Part shown: in pieces, positions 24,674 through 39,130 of the stretch
How the letters are laid out: each line of letters begins with the position of its first letter
How positions within the stretch are numbered: position 1 is the stretch's first letter
From: Eledone cirrhosa
Taxonomy: Eukaryota
DNA: 64,000 nucleotides
Reading direction: 5' to 3'
Assembly (NCBI GenBank): GCA_964016885.1
Contig: OZ024745.1
Span: 114,638,001 to 114,702,000, forward strand
The notes under the pieces: generated by a model
What the model was told of the DNA's origin: nothing
What the model saw: only the letters and a program-made list of their open reading frames with translations
Databases searched by the model: none
Made by a program: the position numbers and the translations under genes

Positions 24674-26434
24674 TTAGGATTTAAACTGAAATTCACCACG
24701 CCCTCGGGAAATTTCAATTTGAATGTTCTGAAAGTTATCGAGTCCGTCCACACTAAAAGTCTGCCAGGCGGTGTTTTATGTTCTATGACACCCACATCTT
24801 TTGTTTTAATTGTATTGTTGTAGATAACTTCCTCCAGCAGCTCTTTCAAACAACCGTGAAGTTGATGCAGGGGAACCGGGCAGGTGTTTGTTGGTTTTGT
24901 CGTTGCTGTTGTTGCTCTTGTACATTTTTTATTTGTTTTTTTTTTAATTTTTGTTTGTTTGTTTTTACCTTTTCTTTTAGCGGTGTTGTAGTTGTGAGTA
25001 TTGGTTATGTTGTGGTGATTCCATCTTATGCGTTTTACTTAGTCTACTTACAGAGTGTGCGTTGGTTGGTATTTGTATGAACTTTTAGGGGAAGTTTAGG
25101 CTGCTCATATCCATGGTTAATGTTCTTTTGCTGAGTTACGCTCTATCATATAATATGGATCCTTTATCACAAGTTATAAATGAAGTCTCTTAGTATGCAG
25201 CAATTTATATAGGAACTTTATGTAAGTAGTTGAACAAGTGTTATATATCAAGAAGAGGAACACTTAATGTTATGAAAGTAGAGTTAAATATATTTATATT
25301 TCAGTTTGGGATTTGCGTTAAAGCATAATATTAATAGTTTCGGATGGGCGAGAATATAAATTGTGCCTAAAATCATCAAACAGACGCTGACATGCATTTT
25401 CTCATTCACATGTAAAGTGGCGAATGCACCGTTATATTTATCTGCGATGTAATTTGTATTCAATAAAAAAAATCTACGAACTATTATTATTTCCAAGAAC
25501 TGAAAAAAGGGAATATTCATTTTCTGATGAAATTCCCAAAAAGAATATAATTTTAGCCCACGAAGAGATAAAAAGAACATTCGCTTAGATTTTACTATTC
25601 AAAGCGGCCAAAAAAATCATATTCATTCGACCCGTGAATAAATACAAATATGTGTTTACATTTCAAATAATCCAATAATTAGTGTGTATACATTAATAAT
25701 TATTAATTAACCACGTTGCAAGGAATTCACTGTTATGACCAATTCGGTTTAGTTTTTGAATGTATTCACTAGAAATAGCAATAATACTTTGTTTTGAAAC
25801 CCATCAAGACAATTGCAAATTTTCTGCCCACGAATTAGCGAAAAGAAAAGGTGTTTACATTTCTTTACATGACAGTGCAATGCTGAAATTCTATCGAATT
25901 ATTTAAGGATATACTTTGCAATACATTCCAAATAATCCGATGCAAGCTATCGTGACATAAATTTAGTCGAGCTGACTTATGGACCTAACGAGGAGCTATT
26001 TTGAGCATTCCTGTTGTCCCGCCCGTATCATTCTATGTATTCATATACATATACTCTCACAGTTTGTGATTTAATACGCACGCTCACACGTACAGCTCTG
26101 TGTACAAAACGGTATTTTCCCTTTCAGCCAGACGCGTTCGTTCAACCACCATTTAAAACTAGATTATCTTACACAAAACGCCAGCATCAACAGTTTTCCT
26201 AGAGATGGCGACATGAATGAACCTATTTTTTCTCTCAAAAAAAAAACTTTTTTTGCTTCCGCCACTACACGTCTCCCCAATCTTTCAATTTCTTCTTTAA
26301 TTTTTCATTCTATTTTCTAATGAAGGACTAGCGTCTTAAACGTTAAGACTCTTTTCCTACTATATCATCATAAAACTAATAATATATTTCCTCATTGTAC
26401 TGTGCGGCTTGCTTTGTTATTTCTGTTTGCATTT

Positions 26435-26472
<38 letters not shown>

Positions 26473-26505
26473 CATACATACATACATACATACACACACA
26501 CATAT

Positions 26506-26649
<144 letters not shown>

Positions 26650-26868
26650 GTATATCTACAGCTCTCTTGTAGCTGTAGATATTATTACAACACATTTTCG
26701 TTCAGTACTCTTAACTACTCATTCAACTCAAAGATAATTGATAGAAATCTTATTCGATGAATTATTGTTTGTTAGTAATAATAAAAAAAATAAGATTAAA
26801 AGAAATGTACAAATCCACATATTCATACTTCGGTTAATACACACACACACGCGCGCGCACACGCACAA

Positions 26869-26946
<78 letters not shown>

Positions 26947-28004
26947 TGTTTAATAATGTATTTATTTTATACAAGATAGGCTTTTTTCCCCGTGGGAAGT
27001 AATGACGTTAAGTATATAAAAGTGTGCAGAGTGGAGGCGCATAGATCCATGCGCATAATTGAGTTTTGGCGAGCTTTATAGATGTGTTGGACGCTGTTGG
27101 GTAGCCATGGTTTTGGGTATTTTTATTGTTGTTGTTATGTAATTTATTTGTTCGTTAAAGGCAGTAATGAATGCACTTACAACAAGGAGTCACAAGATGG
27201 ACTTACAACATCCATTTTGAGATAAGTTTTTGCCTGCTTCGAGTCCCAAAGTGTTTCGGCTTTGAACCCTAACACCCTGTCGTTGTGGGTCAACAAATGT
27301 GGTCAAATTCCTGCCTATCTTCTCCTGACTTTCAGTTTATCACCTCTCTCCTGTTCCATATCCATCAAGATGCCCTTTCTGCTGCCTCCGCCATTCTATG
27401 TACTTCTATCCTCTCTCTTCCTGTCATTCCAATCGCAGTGAACACTCCCCATATCATTTGAGCCGAGAATCTCCTGCAGACTAACTCAACTGGAAATAGT
27501 TATGCTTTCTCGTGGCACTCCTACACAAGGTCTAGGTAAATGACACTTTTTCCTCCCCATTTAAAAAAAAGGCTGGTGGTTCTTTGTTCTATTGTATATT
27601 ATCTACGATGATTCTTCGTACTTCTCTGACTTTCACCATTGTTATGATGTCCTTTATTTTGAAATCCAATTCTAGCCAGATGGGACCCTAGTTTTCACTA
27701 CATTATCATCAACCTCAGCCATTATCCACCCACTGCAAAGCAAAGTGCTCCTTAATCCTATGTCAATTGTTCATATCCGCTCCCTCTTTCATTCCTACGC
27801 AACACCTGTAGACTTATCAATCTTATCTTACCATCTCATAATGTTTTCCTCGACTACGTGAACTTGTTCTCCTTCATTTCCACATCTCCATTCTCTACAT
27901 ATTTTGTTCATCTGTTCATTCATTCGTACTATATCCACTTCCATTTTCTTTTCTTAATTTTATGTCTTATACTTTTTTTTTTCTTATGCTCTTTTGCATC
28001 TAGA

Positions 28005-28147
28005 CGACAAATTAACAGAATCGTTAGAACGTCGGATAAAATGCTTTGTGGGATTCGTTCTGACTCATTGCGCTCTGGTGAGGTCAACTTTGCCTTTCAT
28101 ACTTTCGAGGTCGATAAATAAAGTACCAGTCCAGTATTGGGGTCAAT

Positions 28148-28206
<59 letters not shown>

Positions 28207-28470
28207 CCCCCCATCTCTCTATCTCTCTCTCCATCTCTCTATTGGTTTCATGTGTAAATCTGTGTAGATTTAGAAAAATATACATAGACTGACGAAGCGA
28301 CGTATATAGATAATTAGGCGACAAATTGGCGGAGTCGTTAGAGCATTGGATAGAATGTCAAGTGGTTTTCGTTCCGGTACTCTGCGTTCAAATCCAGCCG
28401 AGGTAATTTTTGCCTTTCATTCTTTCGAGGTTGATAAATAAAGTACCAGTCCAATACTAGAGTTGGTTCC
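28005..28470 (+). mobile_element. Two diverged SINE family 1 copies (28005-28148 and 28320-28470)
   Basis: gaggtcaactttgcctttcat...tttcgaggtcgataaataaagtaccagtcc core in both. Confidence 0.8.
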
Positions 28471-28477
28471 CCCCCCC

Positions 28478-28514
<37 letters not shown>

Positions 28515-28689
28515 AATATACATCTTTCTCTTTTTCCCCTTTCTTTTTTAGAAGAAGAAGAAGAAGAAATCGACTGTGTTCAGACCTGAAGAGGTTGGTT
28601 TAAATATCCAAGATTTACTGTACATCATCACTACATCGTGAATTAAGAGCCCGTGGATGTCACATTGATAGATAGATAGATAGATAGAT

Positions 28690-29939
28690 GTGTTTCTTTA
28701 TTAGCCACAGGGGCACAAAAGAAGGGAACAATTACAAAGGGGGGAGTTTACATACAATAAAAACGTGTAAAATGTTATCACAATTGTAAATTAAAAGTTA
28801 ATCGATTTTCCCCAATAGGGGGAGACAGTTCATATGGGTAGCACATACCCCCGAAAAAAATGTACAACCCTCATCTCCAGGAGTACGAAGAGTTTGTACC
28901 CCTTTCCTCTCTTCCTCTTTTTCCTCAACCTACAGGCTGATATAGAGAGAAGGCCCATTCACTCGGGCCATTCTCGCCACTTTCACCCACCTTTCATAAA
29001 ACTTGCTGGGGTACAGCACTTCTCTCTCCATCCTGACTCTTCTTCCAAGTGGTATTTGAAAAAAAGAACCAGTTGTTGGCCGGAGAGAAAGGTGTCTGAC
29101 CTCAGCCCTTTTAACCTATTCCACCATACAACCTCTTTCGCCATAGCTATCACACAAAGGAAAACCGCCTCTCCTTCGTTTTTGAAGGAGGGTGGCGGTT
29201 TGATCATGACAATGGACTCGGTGGTCAACTGGATTGGTCCCACCCGCGACAATAGTCGTTCTACATAGCTCCACAGGTCGGTAACGCCCGGGCAGTGTAT
29301 GAATGCGTGCGCGACGGTTTCTTCGTCTCGCACGCATCTCGGACAGATCTTTTTCGAAGGGTCCCTGCCCGGGCGCCCATGTCTGTAGAGCTTGTCTCGA
29401 ACTGGTAGAGCTCCTCGGTAGCACTGCCAGGCCAGGGACTTTTGGAAGTTGTCCATCGGTCCCGGACGGAAGGTCCTACCGAACAGACTGGACATTTTGT
29501 CTTCCTCCACGCCTAGAGTTTCTCCGAGCGCGTCGTCGCACTTAATGCGGATCAACCCTCTATAGAATGACGAAGTGGAGTCTCCACTGATCGCCGGGTC
29601 CGCCTGCCAGAGGGCTATGAGCGCCTGAGCACATTCGATGTGCCAGTCGCCCATTTTCCTCGGTCTTTTCTTGACCAAGGACTGCAGCTCGGTCAGCGAG
29701 ACGAGTCGTGGCAAGGCTCGCCTCACGAACGGGGCCCACACCGGTTGTCCGGTGAGGAATACGTAGAGATGCCGCAGCCTGAGCGCGTGTTTGCGCATCG
29801 TCAGCCACGGCATCTCCAGCCCTCCGTTGGAAGGGTGTTGGCAGCAGATGGATCTTCTCACCAAAGGAGCCCGCTTCTTCCAAAGGAATTGGAAGAGCGC
29901 GCGCTCCATTTTGGTGAGCGTTTTGGCTGGACAAGACAC
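28690..29939 (-). mobile_element. Tx1/L1-like LINE 3' fragment A (RT thumb, CCHC zinc region, 3' UTR)
   Basis: ORF 28983-29939: FQFLW..GGLEMP..GALPVRDKL..CPRC..EETVAHAFIHC. AATAAA then (TATC)n. Confidence 0.9.
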
Positions 29940-29997
<58 letters not shown>

Positions 29998-29998
<1 letters not shown>

Positions 29999-30597
29999 TT
30001 CTTTATTTGCCACAAGGGCGCACAAGAAAAGGGGACAATACAAAGACATGCCGGGGATTTTATATACAGTCGTGTAAAAAATATAAAAACAAACAATTAC
30101 AGCAATCGAAATCCCCAATAGGGGGGAAGCACCACAAATGGGTTGTTTAATACCCCGTCGATAGAACAACCCTCAACTCCAGGAGCGCGTTGTGCAAGTG
30201 CTCCTTTCTTCCTTTTGCTCTCTTCTTTAACCTACAGGCTTATAAACAGAGAAGGCCCAATCACGCGGGCCATTTTCGCTTCATTCACCCACCTTTCAGT
30301 AAATTTACTGGGGTGCAGTGCCTCTCTCTCCACCCTGATTCTCCTTCTAAAGTGATACTTAAAGAAGGGAATCAATTGTTGTCCGGAGAGAAAGGAATCT
30401 GTCTTCAGTCCTCTCAATCTCGTCCGCCATATAACTTCTTTCACCATAGCCACTGTACAGAGGAAAACCGCTCTCTTTCGTTTTTGAAAGAGGCTGGCGG
30501 TTTGATCCTTACTATGGACTCGGCAGTCAACTGGATTTGTCCCATACGCGACAGCAGTTGTTCTGCATAGTTCCACAGGTCGGTTACGCCCGGGCAG
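29998..30597 (-). mobile_element. Tx1/L1-like LINE 3' fragment B
   Basis: CPGVTDLWNYAEQLLSRMG...RWVNEAKMARVIGPSLFISL*. (GATA)n on both sides. Confidence 0.88.
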
Positions 30598-30685
<88 letters not shown>

Positions 30686-30686
<1 letters not shown>

Positions 30687-31647
30687 TGTTTCTTTTATTT
30701 GCCACCAGGGCATCAAAAGTGGGACAAGTACAAAGGGGGGAGTTTACACAAAAAGGCGCCCTCAATAAGGAGGAGGCAATAACAAAATATAAAAATAAAA
30801 TAAAATATAACAAAAAATAAAATTTGTAACAAAATCCTCAATAGAGAGGAGGCGCCTTGGGGGGTCGCACACACCCCCGAAAAAGAGAGGGGGTGCTCCC
30901 TCGTTCCTTCCTCCTTTCCACCTACAGGCTTATGTAAAGAGAAGGCTCATTCACACGGGCCATTCTCGCCACTTTCACCCACCTTTCATAAAAACGACTG
31001 GGGTGGAGCACCTCTCTCTCCATCCTGATCCTTCTTCCGAAATGATATCGGAAGAAACGGACCAGTTGTTGGCCAGAGAGAAAGGTGCCTGACCTCAGTC
31101 CTTTCAGACGCGTCCACCATACAACCTCTTTCGCCATGGCTATTACGCACAGAAACACCGCCTCTGCTTCATCTTTGAAGGGGGGAGGCGGCTTGATCAT
31201 TACAATAGACTCGGTGGTCAACCGGATCGGTCCCACCCTTGACAGCAGTTGTTCGACATAGCCCCACAGATCGGCTACGCCCGAGCAGTGTACCAATGCG
31301 TGTGCAACGGTTTCCTCGTCGCACACGCATCTGGGACAGATCTTTTTGGCGGGGTCCCTACCCGGGCGCCCGTGTCTGTAGAGCCTTTCTCGAACGGGTA
31401 AAGCCCCTCGGTAGCACTGCCAGGCCAGGGACTTCTGGAAGTTGTCCATAGGTCCCGGGCTGAATGTCCTACCGAACAGGCTGGCCAGTTCGTCCTCCTC
31501 CATGTCTAGGGCTTCTCCGAGGGCGTCGTCGCACCTGCTGCGTACCAGCCCTCTATAGAATGTTGCGGTGGAGTCTCCACTGATAACCGGATCCGCCTGC
31601 CAGAGGGCGGTGAGCGCCTGGGCACACTCAGTGTGCCAGGCGCCCAG
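30686..31647 (-). mobile_element. Tx1/L1-like LINE 3' fragment C
   Basis: ORF 30922-31503 is homologous to A but has a distinct 3' UTR. (GATA)n flanks. Confidence 0.9.
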
Positions 31648-31665
31648 TTAGATAGATAGATAGAT

Positions 31666-31990
31666 ATGTTTCTTTATTAGCCACAGGGGCACAAAAGAAG
31701 GGGACAAATACAAAGGGGGAAGTTTACATACAATAAAAACGTGTAAAATGTTATCACAAATACAATTTAAAAATTAGTCGATTTTCCCCAATAGGGGGAG
31801 ACATTACATATGGGTAACACATACCCTCGAAAAAAAAATGTGCAACCCTCATCTCCAGGAGTACGAAGAGTTTGTACTCCTTTCCTCACCTCCTCTTTTT
31901 CCTCAACCTACAGGCTGATATAGAGAGAAGGCCCATTCACTCGGGCCATTCTCGCCACTTTCACCCACCTTTCATAAAACTTGCTGGGGG
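31666..31990 (-). mobile_element. Tx1/L1-like LINE 3' fragment D (same subfamily as A)
   Basis: 3' UTR nearly identical to 28690-29010. Confidence 0.88.
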
Positions 31991-32025
31991 TAGATACATT
32001 TCTTAGACAGATAGATAGATAGATA

Positions 32026-32171
32026 TATTTCTTTATTTGCCACAAGGGCACACAAGAAAAGGGGACAATACAAAGACACATGCCGGGGATTTTACATACA
32101 GTCGTGTAAAAATATTGAAACAAACAATTACAACAATCGAAATCCCCAATAGGGGGGAAGCGCCACAAATG
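32026..32171 (-). mobile_element. Tx1/L1-like LINE 3' fragment E (same subfamily as B)
   Basis: Nearly identical to 29998-30141. (GATA)n flanks. Confidence 0.88.
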
Positions 32172-32220
<49 letters not shown>

Positions 32221-32405
32221 GTAAGGAGGAAGGCTATCTTCATGACTCATTGAAGTAACATCTAAGGTACGTTATTTCCCCTAATATCCACACTGAGACC
32301 ATGTTTCCACAACGTAAAGCTAAGAATATTGTTGCTTTCTAAATTTTGGATTTCACGCGTGACTGATGGTCGAATAGGCGTGGGTGGGCTTTCTCTCTTT
32401 AATAT

Positions 32406-32995
32406 CACACACACACACCACATACACCACACCACACACATACACACCACACACACACACACCACACACACATCACACACACACACACACACCACACACA
32501 CACACATACCACACACATCACGCACACACCACACCACACACATCACACACACACACATCACACACACACCACACACACACCCACACACTACACACCACAC
32601 ACACTACACACCATACACACACACCACACACACACACACCACACACCACACACACCACACACCACACACCACACACACCACACACACCCACACACCACAC
32701 ACCACACACCACCACACACCACACACACCACACACCACCACACACCACACACACCACACACCGCACACACCACACACCACACACTACACACCACACACAC
32801 TACACACCATACACACACACCACACACCACACACCACACACACACACACACCACACACCACACACACACACCACACACCACACACACATACACACACCAC
32901 ACACATACACACACCACACACACACACACCACACACACACACACACCACACAACCACACACCACACACTACACACACCACACACCACACATACGC
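32406..32995. repeat. Complex CA/CACCA low-complexity tract
   Basis: Direct reading. Source of the HT-rich ORFs. Confidence 0.95.
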
Positions 32996-33097
32996 ACGAC
33001 ACAAACATACATGAATGTATGTGTCGGTATGTGTATGTACGTACCTATATATATATACCTGTATATGCGTGCCTATGTTTGTGTGTAAGTATGTGTG

Positions 33098-33147
<50 letters not shown>

Positions 33148-33376
33148 CACACACATATATATATATATATATATGTGTGTGTGTATGTATATATATATAT
33201 ATATATACATATGTGTGTATGTGTATATATATATATACATATGTGTGTGTGTGTGTGTGTACGTACCTATATACATATATAGGTACGAACACACATACCT
33301 GTATGTTTCCGCATGCCTATGTTTGTGTGTAAGTATATGTGTATGTAAGTGTGTATATATATATATATATATATAT

Positions 33377-33724
<348 letters not shown>

Positions 33725-34551
33725 TGTGTGTGTGCGTGTGTGTGTGTTTACATATGTGTGTGAAATACACACGTTTTCATCTAAAACAAACAAAACATAC
33801 AGATATACCAAGAAGAAAGATGTGAGATTCTGAAACGAAGGTTTAAGCAGCAATAAATTTAATTTATTTCTATTTGAAAACACCGAATTTATTGATATGT
33901 TCGAGATACCACCCACGCTAAGCTACTAGCTTACTGCATATCTTTCTCGCTTATTTGCACAGTGTTGCTACCTTGTGATGTGGCAGGTCGTATAAAATAG
34001 AATATATTTCTTTCATAACCAACGTATTGAAAGATGCCGAATGTTAGCAGGAAGAGAATAAAAATAGGCTTCAACCAAGAAGAATGGAGTTGAAGGAGAC
34101 TGACTAATAAAGAGAAAAGGAAGATTATAGAAGAAGGGTATCGGGGGGGGGGGGGGGGGGATAGAAAGTGAACGAAGAATTGGAGGAGGGTGGAGAAAAA
34201 GAAAGAAAAAAAACAAGAGAAAGTGAATGTTATGTTATATAAATTACATTTTCAAAAAAACAAAAACAAAAAAATAAAGAAAGAGAGAAGGTGAGAAGCC
34301 GATAATATTAAAGAAAAATGAAACAAAAATGGAAGAATATGAAGAAATAAGGAACAACATTTGAAATGAAGAGGATGATAATGACATTGAAAAAAAATTG
34401 GATAAATGACTCGAACAAGTACATGAAAACTAGAAGCTGAAGAGACTTGAATACAAAGAATGGTAATGTGGCAAAATTGGCATATATATATGTATGTGTG
34501 TCAATTTTGCATATACATACACACATATATATATATACATACACACACACG

Positions 34552-34591
<40 letters not shown>

Positions 34592-34636
34592 GATATAGAT
34601 ATATATATATGTATATATACATACATACATATATAC

Positions 34637-34696
<60 letters not shown>

Positions 34697-34756
34697 TGCC
34701 CCCTCGTTATCGAGTATGGCCATTGCACAATAAAAAAAAAAAAAAAAAAAAAAAAA

Positions 34757-34801
<45 letters not shown>

Positions 34802-34835
34802 AATAAATAAAAAAAAAAAAAAAAAAAAAAAAAAG

Positions 34836-34868
<33 letters not shown>

Positions 34869-34990
34869 TATACATATATATATATACACACATATATATA
34901 CACACACACATACATACACATACATACATATATACACACACACATACATACACATACACTCACACATATATACACACATACATTAATAAC

Positions 34991-35027
<37 letters not shown>

Positions 35028-35106
35028 GCAATAATAATAATAACGACAACAACAATAATAATATACATATTCATATATATATACACACACACGCACGCAC
35101 ATAAGC

Positions 35107-35148
<42 letters not shown>

Positions 35149-35156
35149 GATAGCAA

Positions 35157-38100
35157 CTAACAGTGCTGCGATCGAATGTGGCTTTTTAGCCCAGCCAATG
35201 ATCCAAAATGTCTTGCACAGAGTCGGCAACCAAAACATTTACTGGGAATAGTCGGCTGTGGTTGGAGTTCGTGTACTTTTGCATGTCGCTTGAGTCCTCC
35301 TGCTGATTTACATTCTCTACCACATGTTTGGCAAGCATGATGAGTAGCATCTCCAACAGCAGCCTGGTAGTCAACCACTGGTCTTACTTTATGACTGCGA
35401 AGATGACTTTCGAGTCCAGCTTTGCTTAGGCAGAGTCTCGCACAGACGCTGCATGTCAGAAACATAGGAGGACCCTCGCCGTCTGGAAGTGCAACAGCAA
35501 TACCCTTCCTCACGTCCCGCTTTACTTTCTCGTGTGCGATTCGAGATGCCTCAAAGGCAACTTTTCCCTCATATACAGTCTTTCTCCATTTATTACGATC
35601 AGCAGCAACATTTTCCCATGTATCAGCAGAGATGTTAGCGTCTCTCAGAGAGGCCTTCAAGGAATCCTTATACCTCTTTTTTGGTTTATGTGGCGGTCGT
35701 TTTCCTTTAACCAACTCTCCATAGAAGAGTTGTTTTGGTATTCTAGAATCCTTCATCCTGGCAAGGTGACCACTCCAACGGAGTCGCTGCTTAAGCACAA
35801 GAGCTTCTATACTGTCACACATAGAGCTTTCCAAAATCTCGACATCACTGATGTGGTCCCTCCAGTGAACGCCATGTATCCGTCTGAGACACATCTGATG
35901 GAAACGCTCCAATTGCTTAAGGTGGCGTCGATATGTGACCCAGGTCTCGCAGGCATAAAGAAGACAAGAGAGTACACATGCCCTGTACACCCTTACCTTT
36001 GTCCTCCTGCATATGTCTCGCCGACCCCAGAGTCGCCTTTCTAGCTTTCCGAAAGCATCACTTGCTTTCCTAATCCTAAGTGAGATTTCACTGTCAAGGT
36101 TGCCGTATCGATTGACAGTGCTTCCCAGGTAGACAAACTGATCAACCACTCCAAGTCGTTTGCCATACACATAGATGTTTGGTTCAGTGTACTGCCTACC
36201 AGGTGCAGGTTGGTACATGACGACGGTTTTCTTGAGACTGACAGTCAAACCCAGGGCAGTGCAAGCGTCAGAAAATACATTCAAAATGTGCTGCATATCA
36301 CTCTCTGTGTGCGCTACAAGATCGCAATCATCTGCATACAAGAGGTCTCTTATGACTGATGTAAATACTTTTGTCTTCGCAGCAAAGCGCCTGATGTTAA
36401 ATATGCTGCCTGAGGTTCGATATCGGATGTAAACACCATGCTCGCAATTCCTGAATGCAATACAGAAAACCATTGCAAAGTATATGGCAAACAGGGTCGG
36501 TGCTGGAATATCCCCCTGTTTCACTCCATTTTTTACTGAGATAGGCTCCGACATGTTACCTCCGACATTAACCCAAGCCTTCATGTCGTCATGGAAAGAC
36601 CTAACTAAAGCAAGGAACTTATCAGGGCAACCAAGTTTCTGGAGAACCTTCCATAATGCATCTCTGTTGACAGTATCGAAAGCCTTTGTCAGATCGACAA
36701 AAACCTGATACAGATCCAAGCCCTGTTCAATGCACTTCTCCTGGAGCTGTCTAGCTGAGAAGATCATATCAGTAGTGCCGCGTCCAACACGAAAACCAGA
36801 TTGACTTTCAGGAAGGACACAATCTGCAATGTGTGTCAGCAGACGGTCCAGAAGCACCCTACATAAAACTTTCCCCACGACAGAAAGCAATGATATACCT
36901 CTGTAGTTCCCACAATCATTCCTGTTACCCTTTCCCTTGTACAAGACCACCATTACTGCATCTCTCCAGTCCTCAGGCACGGATTCATTAGCCCATATCC
37001 TTCCAAACAGAGAGTGAAGATGTTGCAGGAGTCTCTCACCACCATATTGTAGGAGCTCAGCATGTATGCCATCCATACCTGGAGATCTTCCACTGTTCAG
37101 CTTCGAAATAGCCACTGCAACCTCCACAAGTGTCGGAGGCTCTGCGAGAGCTACTTTCACAGGACTTTCCGGAATGAGATTGAGGAAATCTTCACTGACG
37201 ACAGACGGCTGATTCAAAAGATCATCAAAGTGCTCTCGCCACCTTCGTAGAATTCCCTGTGAGTCACGAAGAAGTTCTTTGCCATCCCTGCTGCGAATCG
37301 GTGTCACCAGAGAAGAAGACGGTCCATAAACCTCACGCAAGAGACTGTACAACAGCTTTGTGTTATTGCAATCAGACGCAGTTTGTATCTCACCAGCCTT
37401 CTCACTCCACCACTGATCCTTCATCTGAGAAAGACTCCGCCTAACACGTGATTTTACATCCCTGAGCTCCTCATGCAACGTATTCCTCTCCTGTGGTCTT
37501 GCCGTCAAGTAGCGTGACAGAGCGCGCCTCTTATCAGCCAACAAGTCATCTATATGCACATCTTTCTCATTAAACCAGTCCTGATGTTTTCTCTGCACCA
37601 ATCCCAGAACACGTCTGCCTACATCATAAACCGACTTTTTAAGGGTCGGCCAATCCTCACCAAGATCTGCAGCCTGCATCTCTTCTTCCAATGTCCTCTT
37701 CACATTTTTATCCTTAAGACGAGCAGCATTCAATCTTTTGGGCAGGGTAACACCAGGAGCCCGGATTTTACGTTTGGTGATTAGATTCACTTTTGCGCGT
37801 ACCAGGCGGTGGTCCGTCCAGCACTCAGCTCCACGAAGAACACGAACACACCGCACATCCTGTCTGTCACGCATCCTGACTAGGACGTAGTCCAAAAGAT
37901 GCCATTCCTTAGATGCAGGATGCATCCATGTGGTCTTGAATTTGTTCTTTTGTTGGAACATCGTGTTGGTAACACACAGATCCAGCTCCTCACACATCTG
38001 CAGCAAGAGCATACCATTGCTGTTACACTTTCCCACCCCATGCCTTCCGATTACATTCCATGTGTTAAAATCCCTACCCACTCTAGCATTAAAGTCACCA

Positions 38101-38411
38101 AGCACGATGACTTTGTCTGCCTGAGGGATATTTCTTAAAACACCTTTCAAGGCATGGTAAAAGGACAGTTTTTCTTCATCGACAGAATTCATAGTTGGAG
38201 CATACACACTCACCAGGGTAGCATATCTTCCCTTGTCCAGCGGAACTCTCATGGACATAAGACGCTCACTAATCCCCACTGGGAATTCTTCTAATTTATT
38301 CACCAGTACAGTCTTAACAGCAAATCCTACCCCAGCCTCTCTTCTGGTTCCTTCATCTCTTCCTTTCCAGAAGAATGTATATTCTCTCACAAAATTCCGT
38401 AAGATGACCAT
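35157..38411 (-). CDS. RTE polyprotein (APE endonuclease, reverse transcriptase, 3 x C2H2); N-terminus continues across one frameshift to ~38700
   Basis: 1084-aa open frame. The upstream frame encodes [10 protein letters not shown]...[13 protein letters not shown], and the frameshift lies at ~38385-38395. Confidence 0.92.
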   Translation of the reverse strand: MVILRNFVREYTFFWKGRDEGTRREAGVGFAVKTVLVNKLEEFPVGISERLMSMRVPLDKGRYATLVSVYAPTMNSVDEEKLSFYHALKGVLRNIPQADKVIVLGDFNARVGRDFNTWNVIGRHGVGKCNSNGMLLLQMCEELDLCVTNTMFQQKNKFKTTWMHPASKEWHLLDYVLVRMRDRQDVRCVRVLRGAECWTDHRLVRAKVNLITKRKIRAPGVTLPKRLNAARLKDKNVKRTLEEEMQAADLGEDWPTLKKSVYDVGRRVLGLVQRKHQDWFNEKDVHIDDLLADKRRALSRYLTARPQERNTLHEELRDVKSRVRRSLSQMKDQWWSEKAGEIQTASDCNNTKLLYSLLREVYGPSSSLVTPIRSRDGKELLRDSQGILRRWREHFDDLLNQPSVVSEDFLNLIPESPVKVALAEPPTLVEVAVAISKLNSGRSPGMDGIHAELLQYGGERLLQHLHSLFGRIWANESVPEDWRDAVMVVLYKGKGNRNDCGNYRGISLLSVVGKVLCRVLLDRLLTHIADCVLPESQSGFRVGRGTTDMIFSARQLQEKCIEQGLDLYQVFVDLTKAFDTVNRDALWKVLQKLGCPDKFLALVRSFHDDMKAWVNVGGNMSEPISVKNGVKQGDIPAPTLFAIYFAMVFCIAFRNCEHGVYIRYRTSGSIFNIRRFAAKTKVFTSVIRDLLYADDCDLVAHTESDMQHILNVFSDACTALGLTVSLKKTVVMYQPAPGRQYTEPNIYVYGKRLGVVDQFVYLGSTVNRYGNLDSEISLRIRKASDAFGKLERRLWGRRDICRRTKVRVYRACVLSCLLYACETWVTYRRHLKQLERFHQMCLRRIHGVHWRDHISDVEILESSMCDSIEALVLKQRLRWSGHLARMKDSRIPKQLFYGELVKGKRPPHKPKKRYKDSLKASLRDANISADTWENVAADRNKWRKTVYEGKVAFEASRIAHEKVKRDVRKGIAVALPDGEGPPMFLTCSVCARLCLSKAGLESHLRSHKVRPVVDYQAAVGDATHHACQTCGRECKSAGGLKRHAKVHELQPQPTIPSKCFGCRLCARHFGSLAGLKSHIRSQHC

Positions 38412-38696
38412 CTCCAGCTAACCTCGTCTCAGACAAAGCCACGATGTCAAGATCGTAACGTCGAAGCTCCTTCGCAACAAGAGCGGTCCTTCGTTCAGGA
38501 CGCTCCAAAGAATCCCTGTCAAGCAGCGTCCGTACGTTCCAGCAGCCAAGACTAAATGCCCTGTTTGGCTCTATTACAATGGCACGATGACGGGCGGGCC
38601 CAGGTTGTGATAACTTGGGGCCCCTGCCCTTATTGCCAATGATCTCTTTTGTTCCAGAACCCAAATTGGCAATTATCTCGTTTACATTGTTCTGGA

Positions 38697-38700
<4 letters not shown>
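35157..38700 (-). mobile_element. Near-full-length RTE (BovB-like) non-LTR retrotransposon
   Basis: APE motifs [36 protein letters not shown] motifs [37 protein letters not shown]2H2 fingers at the C-terminus. Confidence 0.97.
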
Positions 38701-38753
<53 letters not shown>

Positions 38754-38770
38754 CATACATACATACATAT

Positions 38771-38841
<71 letters not shown>

Positions 38842-39130
38842 TACATACATATATACATACATACATATATATATATACATATATATATACATATATACAT
38901 ACATATATATAAACATATATACATACATACATATATATATATACATATATATATACATATATACATACATATATATAAACATACACACACACATATATAT
39001 ATATATGAAAAAATGGGGAGAAGAATACTGCAGGTTGCACATGGATAACATGTAATAAAATGAGTCCCTCATCAGTGATTTGCCGACGATCATAGATATT
39101 TCATATATATATACATACATACATATATTG

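Noticed and set aside
25525-25560. CTGATGA-aattc...gaat as a hammerhead
   Set aside because: No GAAA after stem II and no stem I.
27230-27860. Possible very old Penelope RT remnant (similar hints at ~13630-13900 and ~45620-46000)
   Set aside because: Only vague motif resemblance by eye; needs a frameshift-aware HMM search.
28586-28620. CTGAAGA-ggttgg...ccaa
   Set aside because: No GAAA or NUH follows; at best a truncated remnant.
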